From assembly GCA_008690995.1 (NCBI GenBank), contig VRMN01000005.1:248001-312000 (forward strand): a stretch of 64,000 bases of DNA, given 5' to 3'. Position numbers and translations under genes: made by a program. The notes under the pieces were generated by a model, which worked only from the letters and a program-made list of their open reading frames with translations, had not been told where the DNA came from and did not search any database. Numbering within the stretch: the stretch's first letter is position 1; every line of letters starts with the position of its first letter. This document shows, piece by piece, positions 11,261-21,177 of this stretch. Source of the DNA: Porphyridium purpureum (Eukaryota).

Positions 11261-11342
11261 TGGAACCTTCTGGAAGGTTCTAGACTCAGCGACAGCAAGG
11301 CACTGTACCTCGGGGGTACAGTGGTCGCGATGGGTATAAAAA
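11261..11342 (+). promoter_or_regulatory. LTR promoter: perfect heat-shock element followed by a TATA box
   Basis: GAAccTTCtgGAAggTTCtaGAc at 11263-11285 and TATAAAA from 11335. The same arrangement is in the 3' LTR (17453-17475, TATA 17525). Confidence 0.7.
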
Positions 11343-11466
11343 GACGCGCGGGTCGGCAACCAAGGGGGGGAGAGGGGGGTCGGGAGACAGAAGGAGTAAG
11401 GTGGATCTAAGTAAAAACAGGTGTATTCAAGGGAGCGTGTTCGGGCCTTGGGTACCTGTTGAGGGA

Positions 11467-11532
11467 GCGGGGGTACAGCGGGAGTACAGCGGGGGTACGG
11501 CGGGGGTACGGCGGGGGTACGGCGGGAGTACA
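11467..11532 (+). repeat. 11-bp G-rich minisatellite (GCGGGRGTACR) x6 in the 5' LTR, x5 in the 3' LTR
   Basis: Units read directly in both LTRs. Confidence 0.9.
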
Positions 11533-11814
11533 GCGCGAGCGAGCGAGCGGGGGGTTTAACGGGGAAGGTTCGCGGATGCCCTGGGGTAAGGCGTCATTAG
11601 ACGGTCCTTGTTCGGAAGTGGATCCGGGGGTGGTACGTGGGCGGGGGCGGATAAAGGAGTGATAGGCCGTTTGAAGCCGAAAGGTGAGGCAACCTCCTCC
11701 GGCTAACCCCGGCTGCCCACAACGCCTCCCCGGGTCCCGGATCACCGTAAGGTGTGGCCGAACGGGATCCCGGTTGGGCAGCGGACGCCTGGTTCCCCCG
11801 TTACGCGCGTCTTC

Positions 11815-11945
11815 CGTGTGTGTGCTTTTGGTTGGCTGTGCCTGCTCCGTGCGTGTGCTCTTGGTTGGCTGTGTCTTTCCCGTGTGTCTGCTCTTGGTTG
11901 GTTCTGTCGGTCCCGTGTGTGGGTGCTCTTGGCTGTTTGCGTGTG
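11815..11945 (+). repeat. About 33-bp GT-rich imperfect tandem repeat (x4) within the LTR
   Basis: Recurring core GTGTG..GCTCTTGGTTGG; the same array is in the 3' LTR. Confidence 0.75.
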
Positions 11946-12301
11946 AACAGCGTGCGTGAGCGTCGTTGGTTCCGGGTTTCCTGCCTGCCGCAGGTCCAGT
12001 TGGCTGCGGGTGTCTTGTGTTTCCTCTTGGTTGCGTGGATTGTCCAGCTTGTGTGCGTGCGTGTGCCGCTTGGCTTGCTGTTGGGTGTGCCGCTGTGTCC
12101 TGGGCCAGCACGGTTCGTGACATAATTTCCGGAAATTATCTTCCAGGATTGCGTGGCATCTGACGTTGGTGCGAGAGAGGGTGGGGTGTGGACGTGAGAT
12201 CGGTCTTGATCTTGGACAAACTTGTGTCCACATTCTGATACGTACGGTCACCGAGTGAAGGATTGCGAGAGAGGATTCGGAGCAGGAACGAAGTCGCAAA
12301 G

Positions 12302-13243
12302 ATGGTGCGTGGCAGGAAGACGACGATGGGCTCAGACGATGCGCGAGAGCACGCGTCCTCGAGCGAGCTGGAACGTGCACAGGCTGGCGCGCTGGCACCA
12401 GAGCCGACAATGCCCACGGCTCGTGGTGACGAGATAGGAAGTCATGGGGTTGTGAGTGTTCAGCAGAAGGAAGAGGGTGTCCCCGCCATTGTGCGCGGCA
12501 AGATTCGTTCTCAACTGGGCCAGGCTATTTGTGACGCGGGCGTGCAGATTGAGAAGGCCGGTGATCCACTTTTTCTGACCGCCAAGATGGTCTGGTTCAA
12601 TCGCCTGCGTGACATGGGAGAGGATCCAGACCAACATGTATCCTCGATTGATGCAGTTTTCCGCGGGGTGGGGCTGAGGAAATGCTACGAGGTCCTGTCG
12701 GAGTTGCACGGTGCAACAGCACAAGAGGCATGGGCGGCTGTGGCTGCTTACTTCTACAACAAGGAGCACGAGCGCGCCCTTCGTGCAGAGCATCACGATG
12801 TTGAGTATGTTATTGGCCAGGACCTAAAGAAATTCGTGGAGGTCCTGGAGGATCGCTGCACGGCTCTGGGAGAATCTGACACTCGCAAGATTGAGGCACT
12901 TACGTTGGCGCTTCCGAAAAACTCCGAGCTGCGTCGTCAGGCCAGGACGTACGGCATACAGGGGAACTGGACCTTGATGAAGACTGCTCTGTTGGAGGAG
13001 GCTGGTCAGTATGGAACCTTTGGTGCGCTTGGCTCGCAGTACGGTGTAAGGGCAGTGAGGAAGCCCGAGCGCGTGCACCATTTGGGTAACTTTGATGAAG
13101 CTGGGCTCCCTGGGTTGAATCCTCGCAAGCGACTGGTCAAGTGCTGGGAGTGCCAGGAGCGGGGCCACGTTCGCATGGAGTGCCCAAAGTGGGAGAAAAA
13201 TAAGAGGCAGAGGACCGAAGAACGCCAGACAAAAAACGAGTAG
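12302..13243 (+). CDS. gag: Retrotransposon Gag with CCHC zinc knuckle
   Basis: ORF 12263-13243, first ATG at 12302. CWECQERGHVRMEC matches Cx2Cx4Hx4C. Confidence 0.93.
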   Translation: MVRGRKTTMGSDDAREHASSSELERAQAGALAPEPTMPTARGDEIGSHGVVSVQQKEEGVPAIVRGKIRSQLGQAICDAGVQIEKAGDPLFLTAKMVWFNRLRDMGEDPDQHVSSIDAVFRGVGLRKCYEVLSELHGATAQEAWAAVAAYFYNKEHERALRAEHHDVEYVIGQDLKKFVEVLEDRCTALGESDTRKIEALTLALPKNSELRRQARTYGIQGNWTLMKTALLEEAGQYGTFGALGSQYGVRAVRKPERVHHLGNFDEAGLPGLNPRKRLVKCWECQERGHVRMECPKWEKNKRQRTEERQTKNE

Positions 13244-13266
13244 CGGGGGGATGCGAAGGCCCCCCG
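13231..13266 (+). promoter_or_regulatory. -1 programmed ribosomal frameshift signal
   Basis: A AAA AAC heptamer in the gag frame (13231-13237), a 6-nt spacer, then stem CGGGGGG (13244-13250) / CCCCCCG (13260-13266). Confidence 0.85.
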
Positions 13267-16200
13267 GAATCTGAAGAATTGTCGGAGGCAGTCCCACTGG
13301 GCTCGTATCCATGGATACACGTACAGGCTGAATGGGGAGGTCTGAAGGTTCGGACTACTGCGCTGGTTGATACGGGGGCTTTATCCACGTGGATGAACGA
13401 CGATTTGGCTGACCGTCTTGGGCTTCTTCGCAGAAAGACCCACACACAGGCATTGGGCCCAACCAATGAGGTGTTGGGGGAGGCCGAGGAGAGCGTTGCC
13501 ACAATTTGGGTTGGTGAGGGAATTCAGTCGGAGGAAAGCGTCCGGATTATGAGGAACCTCGGACCTGATCTCATACTGGGAATGCGTTTTCTTGCCAAGC
13601 ATGTCAGTTGCTTGATCCCGGGAAAGGGTCTGGGCCTACGCTCGGGCGGATGGATTACTTTTGTCAACCGAGACGTTTCCAGTGCACAGGAAGCCGTGTG
13701 TCATACATGCCTGGAAAGACACAGGATCCTGGGATCGATGTATGAGGAAGCCAAACCCACGGTGCAGTTGGAGGCGGTGCACTATATTGCTGATGGAGCA
13801 GAAGTGAAGAAGCGAATCCAGGCCCTCGAAGAAAAGTATGCAGGTCACAACGAGGCTGTTTGTTCTACCATTGAAGCCAAGATCTTTGAGCATTTGGATG
13901 AAGCGCAAAGCAGGGAGATGAAAGGGCTCTTGAAGAAGTTTTGGGTTCTCTTCCGGCCGGAGCTGGGTAAGACAGACCTCGTCGAGCATACGATTCGCAT
14001 CAAGCCAGAGCGTTTGGAGGATCTCCCCAGGGCAAGGTTACGTCGCAGGGCTCCTGCGGTGACGCAGGCTGAGCGCGAGATGGTGCAAGGGCTGGTCGCC
14101 CGAGGAGTGCTGGAGCCGAGTTTGTCAGATGTGTCGAGCCAGAATGTCATGGTCAAGAAGCCGAATGGCGGCTGGCGTCTGACGACAGACTTCCGAACGC
14201 TTAATGATGCGACTGTTAAAGATCGATATCCCATTCCGGACGTGGGAGAGATGATCGACTGGTTTGCATCGTGGAAGTTCAAGAGTATCCTGGATCTGAA
14301 GGATGGCTTCTTCCAAGTCCCTCTGGCCCCCGAGAGCCGACCATTGACAGCGATTATCACTCCGGACGGGCTGTTTCAATACTGCCGATTACCTCAGGGT
14401 TGCTGTAATAGCCCAAGTACCTTCCAGCGATTGACAAATACGGTCCTGGGCCCGCTCAGGTACCTGAATGCATTGGTTTACATTGATGATTTGGCAATCG
14501 GGACAAAGACGTTTGAAGAGCACTTGCAAGCGCTGCAGCGGGTGCTGGAGCAATTCTGCGCTGCGGGCTTGGTGTTCTCATTGTCGAAGTGCAGATTTGG
14601 GGCTTTAAGGGTCGAGTTTCTTGGACATGATATCGGCCTGGACGGTATAAGGCCGAGCCAGAGGAAGACGGAGGCTGTGCGAGCATGGCAGGAGCCGAGG
14701 AATGCAAAGGAACTGCAGCAGTTCATTGGGCTCGTGGGGTGGTTCCGCAATTTTATCGAGGGATTTGAGGAAGTCTGCAGGCCTCTTAGGGATGCTATGA
14801 AGGGCCTTCAAATCAACGCCAAAGGAAGCAAGTGGAAGAAATACCCTATGAACTCGGCGGATTGGCAGGCACGATTTGGTGAGCCTCAGAGTCAGGCGCT
14901 TCTGTCGCTTCGGGAAGCACTCAGTGATCCAGAAACTGGAGATCGAAAGGTTTTGGCTGCATACGACCCAGAAGCAGAGCATACGCTGTGGACAGACGCT
15001 TCTAGCACTGGCTTGGGAGCAATGTTGACGCAGAGGGAGGGCACTGGCGATCGTCCAGTGGCATTTTACTCGAGGCTTCTGAGACCGGCCGAGCAGAACT
15101 ATACCGTGACGGAGAAGGAGTGCTTGGCCGCCATTGCAGCCATGGAGCACTTCAGGCATTACTTGTACGGCAAACGATTCGTGCTCATGACTGACCACAG
15201 CGCATTGAGCTGGCTCATGAGGCAAAAGGAGCCTCAAGGTCGGATTGCGCGATGGATTCTCAAGGTACAGGACTTCGACTTCCAGGTTCAGCATCATCCA
15301 GGCAAGGCGAATACAGTGGCAGATGCGCTTTCGCGTCCAGCTGTACGTATGAATGAGGAAGAGGCTCGGGTGGCGAGCGAGAGCAATAAGTCTGAGACTC
15401 TCAACAACACGAGCGAAATCGAGCTCATTGGACTGAATGCTGTTGAGGATGAGGAAGTGAAGCGGGTAGTTCGGTTGGCTGAAATGCTGCAGGAAGAGAT
15501 TCAGGGTCCAGCTTCGGGGGCCGATGGGGGTATGGTCCCTGTCACATCGGCCGGAGTGCGAGAGCTGCTGCTTCATACTGGCGAGCATACAGGAGCGAAC
15601 GATGCGTACACACCACCTTCGATGGAAGAGATCGTGGCTGCATACGCAGACGACACGGACATTCAGGAACAGTTGAAGAATCTGAAAGCAGACAAGCCCG
15701 AATACACGTACCCGGAGTACACCGTTGATGAGGATGGAGTCATCTGGGCTATGCTTCGCGATGAGTCCAGGGTCGTGATACCAAACGCTCTGGTGCAGCG
15801 CGTCCTGCATGTGTATCACAGCACGCCACTTTCAGGGCACCTTGGAATAGGAAAGACTGCAAAGCGGGTCTCGGATGCACGATACTGGTGGACCGGTTGG
15901 ACGGAAGATGTTCGTCAGTTTGTTCTTTGTTGCCATGAGTGCTTTTCAAGGAAAACAAAGGCGCCCCCGAGAAGGGCTCGCATGCAAGTCTATCGCGCGG
16001 TGAGACGTTTCGAGATTGTCTCGATAGATGTTCTGAGTATCACACCGACAACAACTCGCGGGCACAGCAAAGTGGTAATCATGGTGGACGCCTTCACAAA
16101 GTGGGTTCGTGCCCATGCAGTCAAGGATGAGACTGCGGCTACACTGGCACGTGTTTTCCTAGACGGTTGGGTGTGCGATTTTGGACCGCCAGAGTCTCTG

Positions 16201-17016
16201 CTGTCCGACCGGGGACCGGGCTTTGTAGCCGACATCCTTTCAAAAATGTGTGAAAATCTGGGTGTAGGACGTATGCTTACGACAGCATACCATCCGCAGA
16301 CGAACGGGGTTGTGGAGCGCTTTAACCAGACAGTGTGTCAAATGTTGTCGGCATACGTGTGTGCGAACGGAAAAGACTGGGATCGCTGGTTGCCGGTAAT
16401 GGTGTATGCGTATAATACAGCCCGGCATGCATCCACGAAGATGTCTCCGTTTGAACTGTTGTATGGTGAGCCGGCGCGGGACTGGGCAAGTATGGCGGGA
16501 CCCAGAGCTGTTGAACAAGCAGATGACCTCGCGAAGAAGCTTGCTGCATGTCACGCCATTGCCAATAAGAATGCGAAGATCGCACAGGATCGGTACACGA
16601 AGAACTATGATCGCCGAGTCAGGGAACATGACTTCAAGCCGGGCGACGTGGTGTACGTTTGGGCGCCGCCTTCAGGAGAAGGGCGCAAGCTGAAAAAGCC
16701 GTGGGTAGGACCACTATCCATCCTGAGAATGGTCGGGGTTCATGCAGTACTGTGCAGTGAAGGCCATCCTGACGGGAAGTTGGTCCACGTGAACCGGCTT
16801 GCTCGGGCCCACAAGGACCTCATTGAGGCAAGTGGATCCCAAGTCTTGCAAGGAGAAGACGGCAGCTGGGCTATAGAGGCTATAGCCGGGGATCGGGTTG
16901 TGGGCGGACGCCGAGAGTACAGAGTTAGATGGCGAGGACTCGGTAAACGTGGGGATACGTGGGAACCTGAGCTCGCATTGCCACCAATGATGGTGGCTGC
17001 CTACCGTGACGCGTGA
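13231..17016 (+). CDS. pol: Pol polyprotein (protease, RT, RNase H, integrase, chromodomain), probably expressed as a Gag-Pol fusion
   Basis: LVDTGA, LDLKDGFFQ, YIDD, WTDAS..EKECLA..TDH, HHCC integrase zinc finger, SDRG..HPQTNGVVER, and chromodomain WAIEAI..EYRVRWRG..DTWEP. The frame is open from 13204 and is -1 relative to gag. Confidence 0.97.
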   Translation, partial: KKRVAGGCEGPPESEELSEAVPLGSYPWIHVQAEWGGLKVRTTALVDTGALSTWMNDDLADRLGLLRRKTHTQALGPTNEVLGEAEESVATIWVGEGIQSEESVRIMRNLGPDLILGMRFLAKHVSCLIPGKGLGLRSGGWITFVNRDVSSAQEAVCHTCLERHRILGSMYEEAKPTVQLEAVHYIADGAEVKKRIQALEEKYAGHNEAVCSTIEAKIFEHLDEAQSREMKGLLKKFWVLFRPELGKTDLVEHTIRIKPERLEDLPRARLRRRAPAVTQAEREMVQGLVARGVLEPSLSDVSSQNVMVKKPNGGWRLTTDFRTLNDATVKDRYPIPDVGEMIDWFASWKFKSILDLKDGFFQVPLAPESRPLTAIITPDGLFQYCRLPQGCCNSPSTFQRLTNTVLGPLRYLNALVYIDDLAIGTKTFEEHLQALQRVLEQFCAAGLVFSLSKCRFGALRVEFLGHDIGLDGIRPSQRKTEAVRAWQEPRNAKELQQFIGLVGWFRNFIEGFEEVCRPLRDAMKGLQINAKGSKWKKYPMNSADWQARFGEPQSQALLSLREALSDPETGDRKVLAAYDPEAEHTLWTDASSTGLGAMLTQREGTGDRPVAFYSRLLRPAEQNYTVTEKECLAAIAAMEHFRHYLYGKRFVLMTDHSALSWLMRQKEPQGRIARWILKVQDFDFQVQHHPGKANTVADALSRPAVRMNEEEARVASESNKSETLNNTSEIELIGLNAVEDEEVKRVVRLAEMLQEEIQGPASGADGGMVPVTSAGVRELLLHTGEHTGANDAYTPPSMEEIVAAYADDTDIQEQLKNLKADKPEYTYPEYTVDEDGVIWAMLRDESRVVIPNALVQRVLHVYHSTPLSGHLGIGKTAKRVSDARYWWTGWTEDVRQFVLCCHECFSRKTKAPPRRARMQVYRAVRRFEIVSIDVLSITPTTTRGHSKVVIMVDAFTKWVRAHAVKDETAATLARVFLDGWVCDFGPPESLLSDRGPGFVADILSKMCENLGVGRMLTTAYHPQTNGVVERFNQTVCQMLSAYVCANGKDWDRWLPVMVYAYNTARHASTKMSPFELLYGEPARDWASMAGPRAVEQADDLAKKLAACHAIANKNAKIAQDRYTKNYDRRVREHDFKPGDVVYVWAPPSGEGRKLKKPWVGPLSILRMVGVHAVLCSEGHPDGKLVHVNRLARAHKDLIEASGSQVLQGEDGSWAIEAIAGDRVVGGRREYRVRWRGLGKRGDTWEPELALPPMMVAAYRDA

Positions 17017-17235
17017 CCAGTGGCGGAACCTCGGACACACCGGCCGGGTGGAGGGCCACGTGGACGGACGTCCTCTTCGAGTACTTACGATGCCAAGACG
17101 GGCACACGAAGCCGATGGCCAGTGCACGGGCGACATCGAGCTTGAGACGTGGATGCCGGACGCGTCAAGCATTGGCATGTGCTGTAAGTATGAAGTGACT
17201 CTCCGGAAGCTTCGGACCATGTGATACCTGACATT

Positions 17236-17255
17236 GGGAAGCGGAGAGGGTGGGA
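17236..17255 (+). other. Polypurine tract
   Basis: GGGAAGCGGAGAGGGTGGGA directly before the 3' LTR. Confidence 0.85.
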
Positions 17256-18300
17256 TGTCACGGGAGTAGCCCGTGTGTTAAGGAAATGATTAAAAATAGC
17301 CATAGTCCGTGGCCGGATACCTGGTCGCGCCGGACCCACTGTACTGTAGGTGTACAAGGGGGCGCGTGGTAGGCCTGAAGGCCCCTTCCCTTAGGGACCA
17401 GACGCGCGATGACCACCCAGTATGGAATGGGTGTACAGCCAGGAGGTGGCTGGAACCTTCTGGAAGGTTCTAGACTCAGCGACAGCAAGGCACTGTACCT
17501 CGGGGGTACAGTGGTCGCGATGGGTATAAAAAGACGCGCGGGTCGGCAACCAAGGGGGGGAGAGGGGGGTCGGGAGACAGAAGGGTTAAGGGGGATCTAA
17601 GTAAAAACAGGTGTATTCAAGGAAGCGTGTTCGGGCCTTGGGTACCTGTTGAGGAGCGGGGGTACAGCGGGAGTACAGCGGGGGTACGGCGGGGGTACGG
17701 CGGGAGTACAGCGCGAGCGAGCGAGCGGGGGGTTTAACGGGGAAGGTTCGCGGATGCCCTGGGGTAAGGCGTCGTTAGACGGTCCTTGTTCGGAAGTGGA
17801 TCCGGGGGTGGTACGTGGGCGGGGGCGGATAAAGGAGTGATAGGCCGTTTGAAGCCGAAAGGTGAGGCAACCTCCTCCGGCTAACCCCGGCTGCCCACAA
17901 CGCCTCCCCGGGTCCCGGATCACCGTAAGGTGTGGCCGAACGGGATCCCGGTTGGGCAGCGGACGCCTGGTTCCCCCGTTACGCGCGTCTTCCGTGTGTG
18001 TGCTTTTGGTTGGCTGTGCCTGCTCCGTGCGTGTGCTCTTGGTTGGCTGTGTCTTTCCCGTGTGTCTGCTCTTGGTTGGTTCTGTCGGTCCCGTGTGTGG
18101 GTGCTCTTGGCTGTTTGCGTGTGAACAGCGTGCGTGAGCGTCGTTGGTTCCGGGTTTCCTGCCTGCCGCAGGTCCAGTTGGCTGCGGGTGTCTTGTGTTT
18201 CCTCTTGGTTGCGTGGATTGTCCAGCTTGTGTGCGTGCGTGTGCCGCTTGGCTTGCTGTTGGGTGTGCCGCTGTGTCCTGGGCCAGCACGGTTCGTGACA
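17256..18300 (+). repeat. 3' LTR (1045 bp)
   Basis: Direct repeat of 11066-12122. Confidence 0.97.
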
Positions 18301-20449
18301 CAAAAACGATGTGCGCGTATATGTCCGTGCAACGCTACCAAGCTCACACCCTTTCACCCATGCAACGCTACGCCCTGGAGACAAGCACACATCCTGCAGT
18401 GCTAAGTTTATATTTGCCATCAGTCTCGATGACTGTCGGGTGCTGCCGCCAAGGCGCACCTTTTTAGCTGTATACACATCAACAAAGTCTGTGGTACACT
18501 TCGTGACAACATCTTCGCTCCAACTCAACTTGTATTCAAGTCCATACCGATACCAAGCGGCGGGGAAAAGGGTACCAACACTCCTTGCTCGCGAGCGTAC
18601 TTGTCCGCGCCCTGCGGCTAGTTGTGCTATGCGCTTATGTACATGCGCGGCGTCGCGTCGCTCCCGTCCGCACGCCACGGCTTCATTCGCGCTCGGCTGC
18701 CGCCACGCTCCAAACAAAACTCACGCATCCCGCGTGCTCAACACGCCACACACGCGAATATCACCGCCACTAACCTCAAAGAGGCTTGGATGCCGGCACC
18801 AACCACATGTACGGCAGAACGCTTGCGCTTTCGCAACGTGCACCACGCATTCGTGCACACGCATCGTCTTGCCGCACCCGTGCACTGTCGGCTCCTAGTA
18901 TATTTCTTCAATAGCCTCTACTCCAAACACATTCGTTCGCTGGAAGTGAAGGCTTCTGTGCGAACACCAACCGCACGCGACCCCTGGTTGCACGACGGAA
19001 AGGTATTTTTCGGCACTTTTGAGACGGATTAGCAGAGGATCCGGGAGGAAAAGCACATTTTTGGTAATGGATATTGTGGTCAATTCTACGCTACTTTTAC
19101 TGTCAATGTAATCACTAGCGGATTCCGTGACCTCGTCGTGAACTTCTTGCTTGCTTCTCGGAACCTACCCGTGCATGCCTTGATATTTATACCTTTTTTT
19201 GCTCTCGAACGTATGTTCAGTGCAAACGAACCCTCAAAAGGGGAACTCATGCGGAGCACTCCAATGCTCTTGGCATTTCTCAAAGTGCCGCGTAAATAAG
19301 TCACATTCTCGCCACAATTAACCCATTGTGTGGCGCGCAATGCGTAGTACAATCCTTATTTAAATTAACGGTAAACGTGGATTAGTAGTAATGAAATGGA
19401 CTTAAATTACTACTAAATGGTGGAACTAATGAAGGTGGATAGCTTGTAAACCCCAAAATAAATTTTTAGTCACCGACGGTACCTCTTACCGAAAACGAAA
19501 GATGAAAAAAAAAATAACATCCATGGGAAGCAATGGAAGCTCCGTTTGATACCTTTAGCTGCGCTGGCTTTTTGCGCTGTACCACACGCCACGTGCGCCA
19601 GACATCTAAACATATCCCAGGTGCGAACGCATCTCGGGATCTCGAAAACATCCGGAGGTGCGCACTCCCGCACGCATACACATCCGTTCGATGCAGCTGC
19701 GCGTCTACGACAGGCACGGCTCGCTCCCCAGTGAGCGCCTATTGTCCTGTACACCGCTCCAGCCGGGTGTACAGCCCGACACTTCATCCACGGTAAACGA
19801 TCGAACCGATTAAGTACAGTTAGAATACGACAAAGACAACCAGAAGTGGACGAAATGCGTCAAAATTAACCGAAACATGGATAGAGGTTTAAACGTAAGC
19901 CGAAAGCTTTTCATTCCATGGCTTCTCGTGAACCAGTATTGGTTTTCGCGCCAAGGCTGCGTTGACAAGCGGGCGTTCGAGTTCGGAAAAGTTGTGCAGG
20001 GATCGGGAAAGAAGCCGAGGCGTTGGGATTTCCTTCTTTGGCCGTCTTTCAGGAATGTGGCAAGCTTGAGCTTCCTTGGGACGAGTGTGTGCGTATGATC
20101 AGGGTAGTGCACCAAGCGTGTGGAAAATACTGCCAATTTTGGTCGCAAATGAAAATGTGTACTTGTCTTTTCTGCTCACGCAAGTTCAAGGCGGGCTTGA
20201 GGGATTCGGCAGCCACGGATAAGTGTGTACTGGATGCCCCGGGTGTGCTTTAACATTCTTACGGCGTTTCACAACTACTGTAGACGAGAACTTTGGCAGC
20301 AGAATTCACCAACCGGCGATTCTACATGCCGAAAAACCTGCAAGGTGCAGTACAAAGTTGAAAAAGCTCAGTTGTCGAAGCCAGTCCAGTCCCTCGTGGA
20401 CACGCTATCTCTTCGCGCGCTCGTTTCAGCAGCTGCATGATTTCAGCAA

Positions 20450-20950
20450 AATGAGCCGCAAGTTCTCGCCATCGGCTCAGCCGTGGCCGCAACAGGTTTT
20501 CTATCGCCCCTGGACGAACAGCTCGTACAGGTCTGTGACGAGAAGCTCCGGAAAAGTTGTGAATCCTATCGATGGTTAAATTGTTTGTCTTGCCATCAAA
20601 TGAAATATTTTCGGTGTACCGCTTCAACTTTATCAATGTTTTGGTTGATTTTGACAAGTTTTGCCCATTCTAGGTTGGTTTTGCCTTTCTCTAACTGTAC
20701 CTGGTCGATTCTGTCTTTTACTCGAAAAGGGGAAGAAGAAAAAAAAAAAAAACCAAGAAAAACTCCAAGACATTTCACAGTTTTTACTGGACGCACCGTA
20801 TCTGCCCCAACCTTACAATCCACCTGTCGCTGTTGCCGCAGTCCAAAGATGAGGCTCACACGTTTTTTTGAGCGCAATCCTGAACATCCACGCCATTCAT
20901 TGCTTCCTATGCACCAGGGTAGAGGCTCGCATACCAGCTTCCAATTACCT
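20450..20950 (-). mobile_element. Degenerate non-LTR (LINE) reverse transcriptase C-terminal relic
   Basis: EWRGCSGLRSKK..SLIFG..VRPVKTVKCLGVFL (cf. W...GL..N..K and VKYLGVxL) followed by NIDKVEAVHRK (cf. IxKLERVQR). Confidence 0.55.
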
Positions 20951-21177
20951 CAATTCATGAATTACCTGTTACACCCTCACTCACAGCTCTTCAAGGTTCA
21001 GAAAACACCCTGTATAAAATCTCAGCTATGCTCTCTTTATTCATGTACTTGCCTACCTTACTCTCGGCGTCTGACCCTTTCATCAACCGTTTTCAATTTC
21101 CGTCTGCTCGAACAAGCGCCCCCTCGGGTTCCTTAATGCTCAGTGTCCCTCATAACCACTCACGACCCCTCGTTGAG

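Larger units (their letters stand above)
11066..12122 (+). repeat. 5' LTR (1057 bp)
   Basis: Direct repeat of 17256-18300 with 7-bp terminal inverted repeats. Confidence 0.97.
11066..18300 (+). mobile_element. Intact Ty3/Gypsy chromovirus-type LTR retrotransposon
   Basis: Two near-identical LTRs with TGTCACG...CGTGACA termini. CAAA flanks both ends (11062-11065, 18301-18304). Uninterrupted gag and pol (PR-RT-RH-IN-chromo) and a PPT are present. Confidence 0.98.

Noticed and set aside
11467..11945. Tandem repeats as a CRISPR-like array
   Set aside because: No unique spacers, inside an LTR, eukaryotic context, no cas genes.
11407..12123. 238-aa minus-strand ORF in the LTR (234 aa in the 3' LTR)
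   Set aside because: Low-complexity translation of LTR repeats; duplicated only because the LTR is.
12167..12180. TGGTGCGAGAGAGG as a tRNA PBS
   Set aside because: Lies 44 nt from the LTR end, too far to define the U5 boundary. It is still worth including in a tRNA search.
17006..17224. 72-aa ORF after pol as an env-like gene
   Set aside because: Short, GTG start, no signal or TM segment.
18305..18717. Host gene disrupted by the LTR insertion
   Set aside because: Rejoining the flanks extends this minus-strand frame by only about eight codons before a stop; no motifs.
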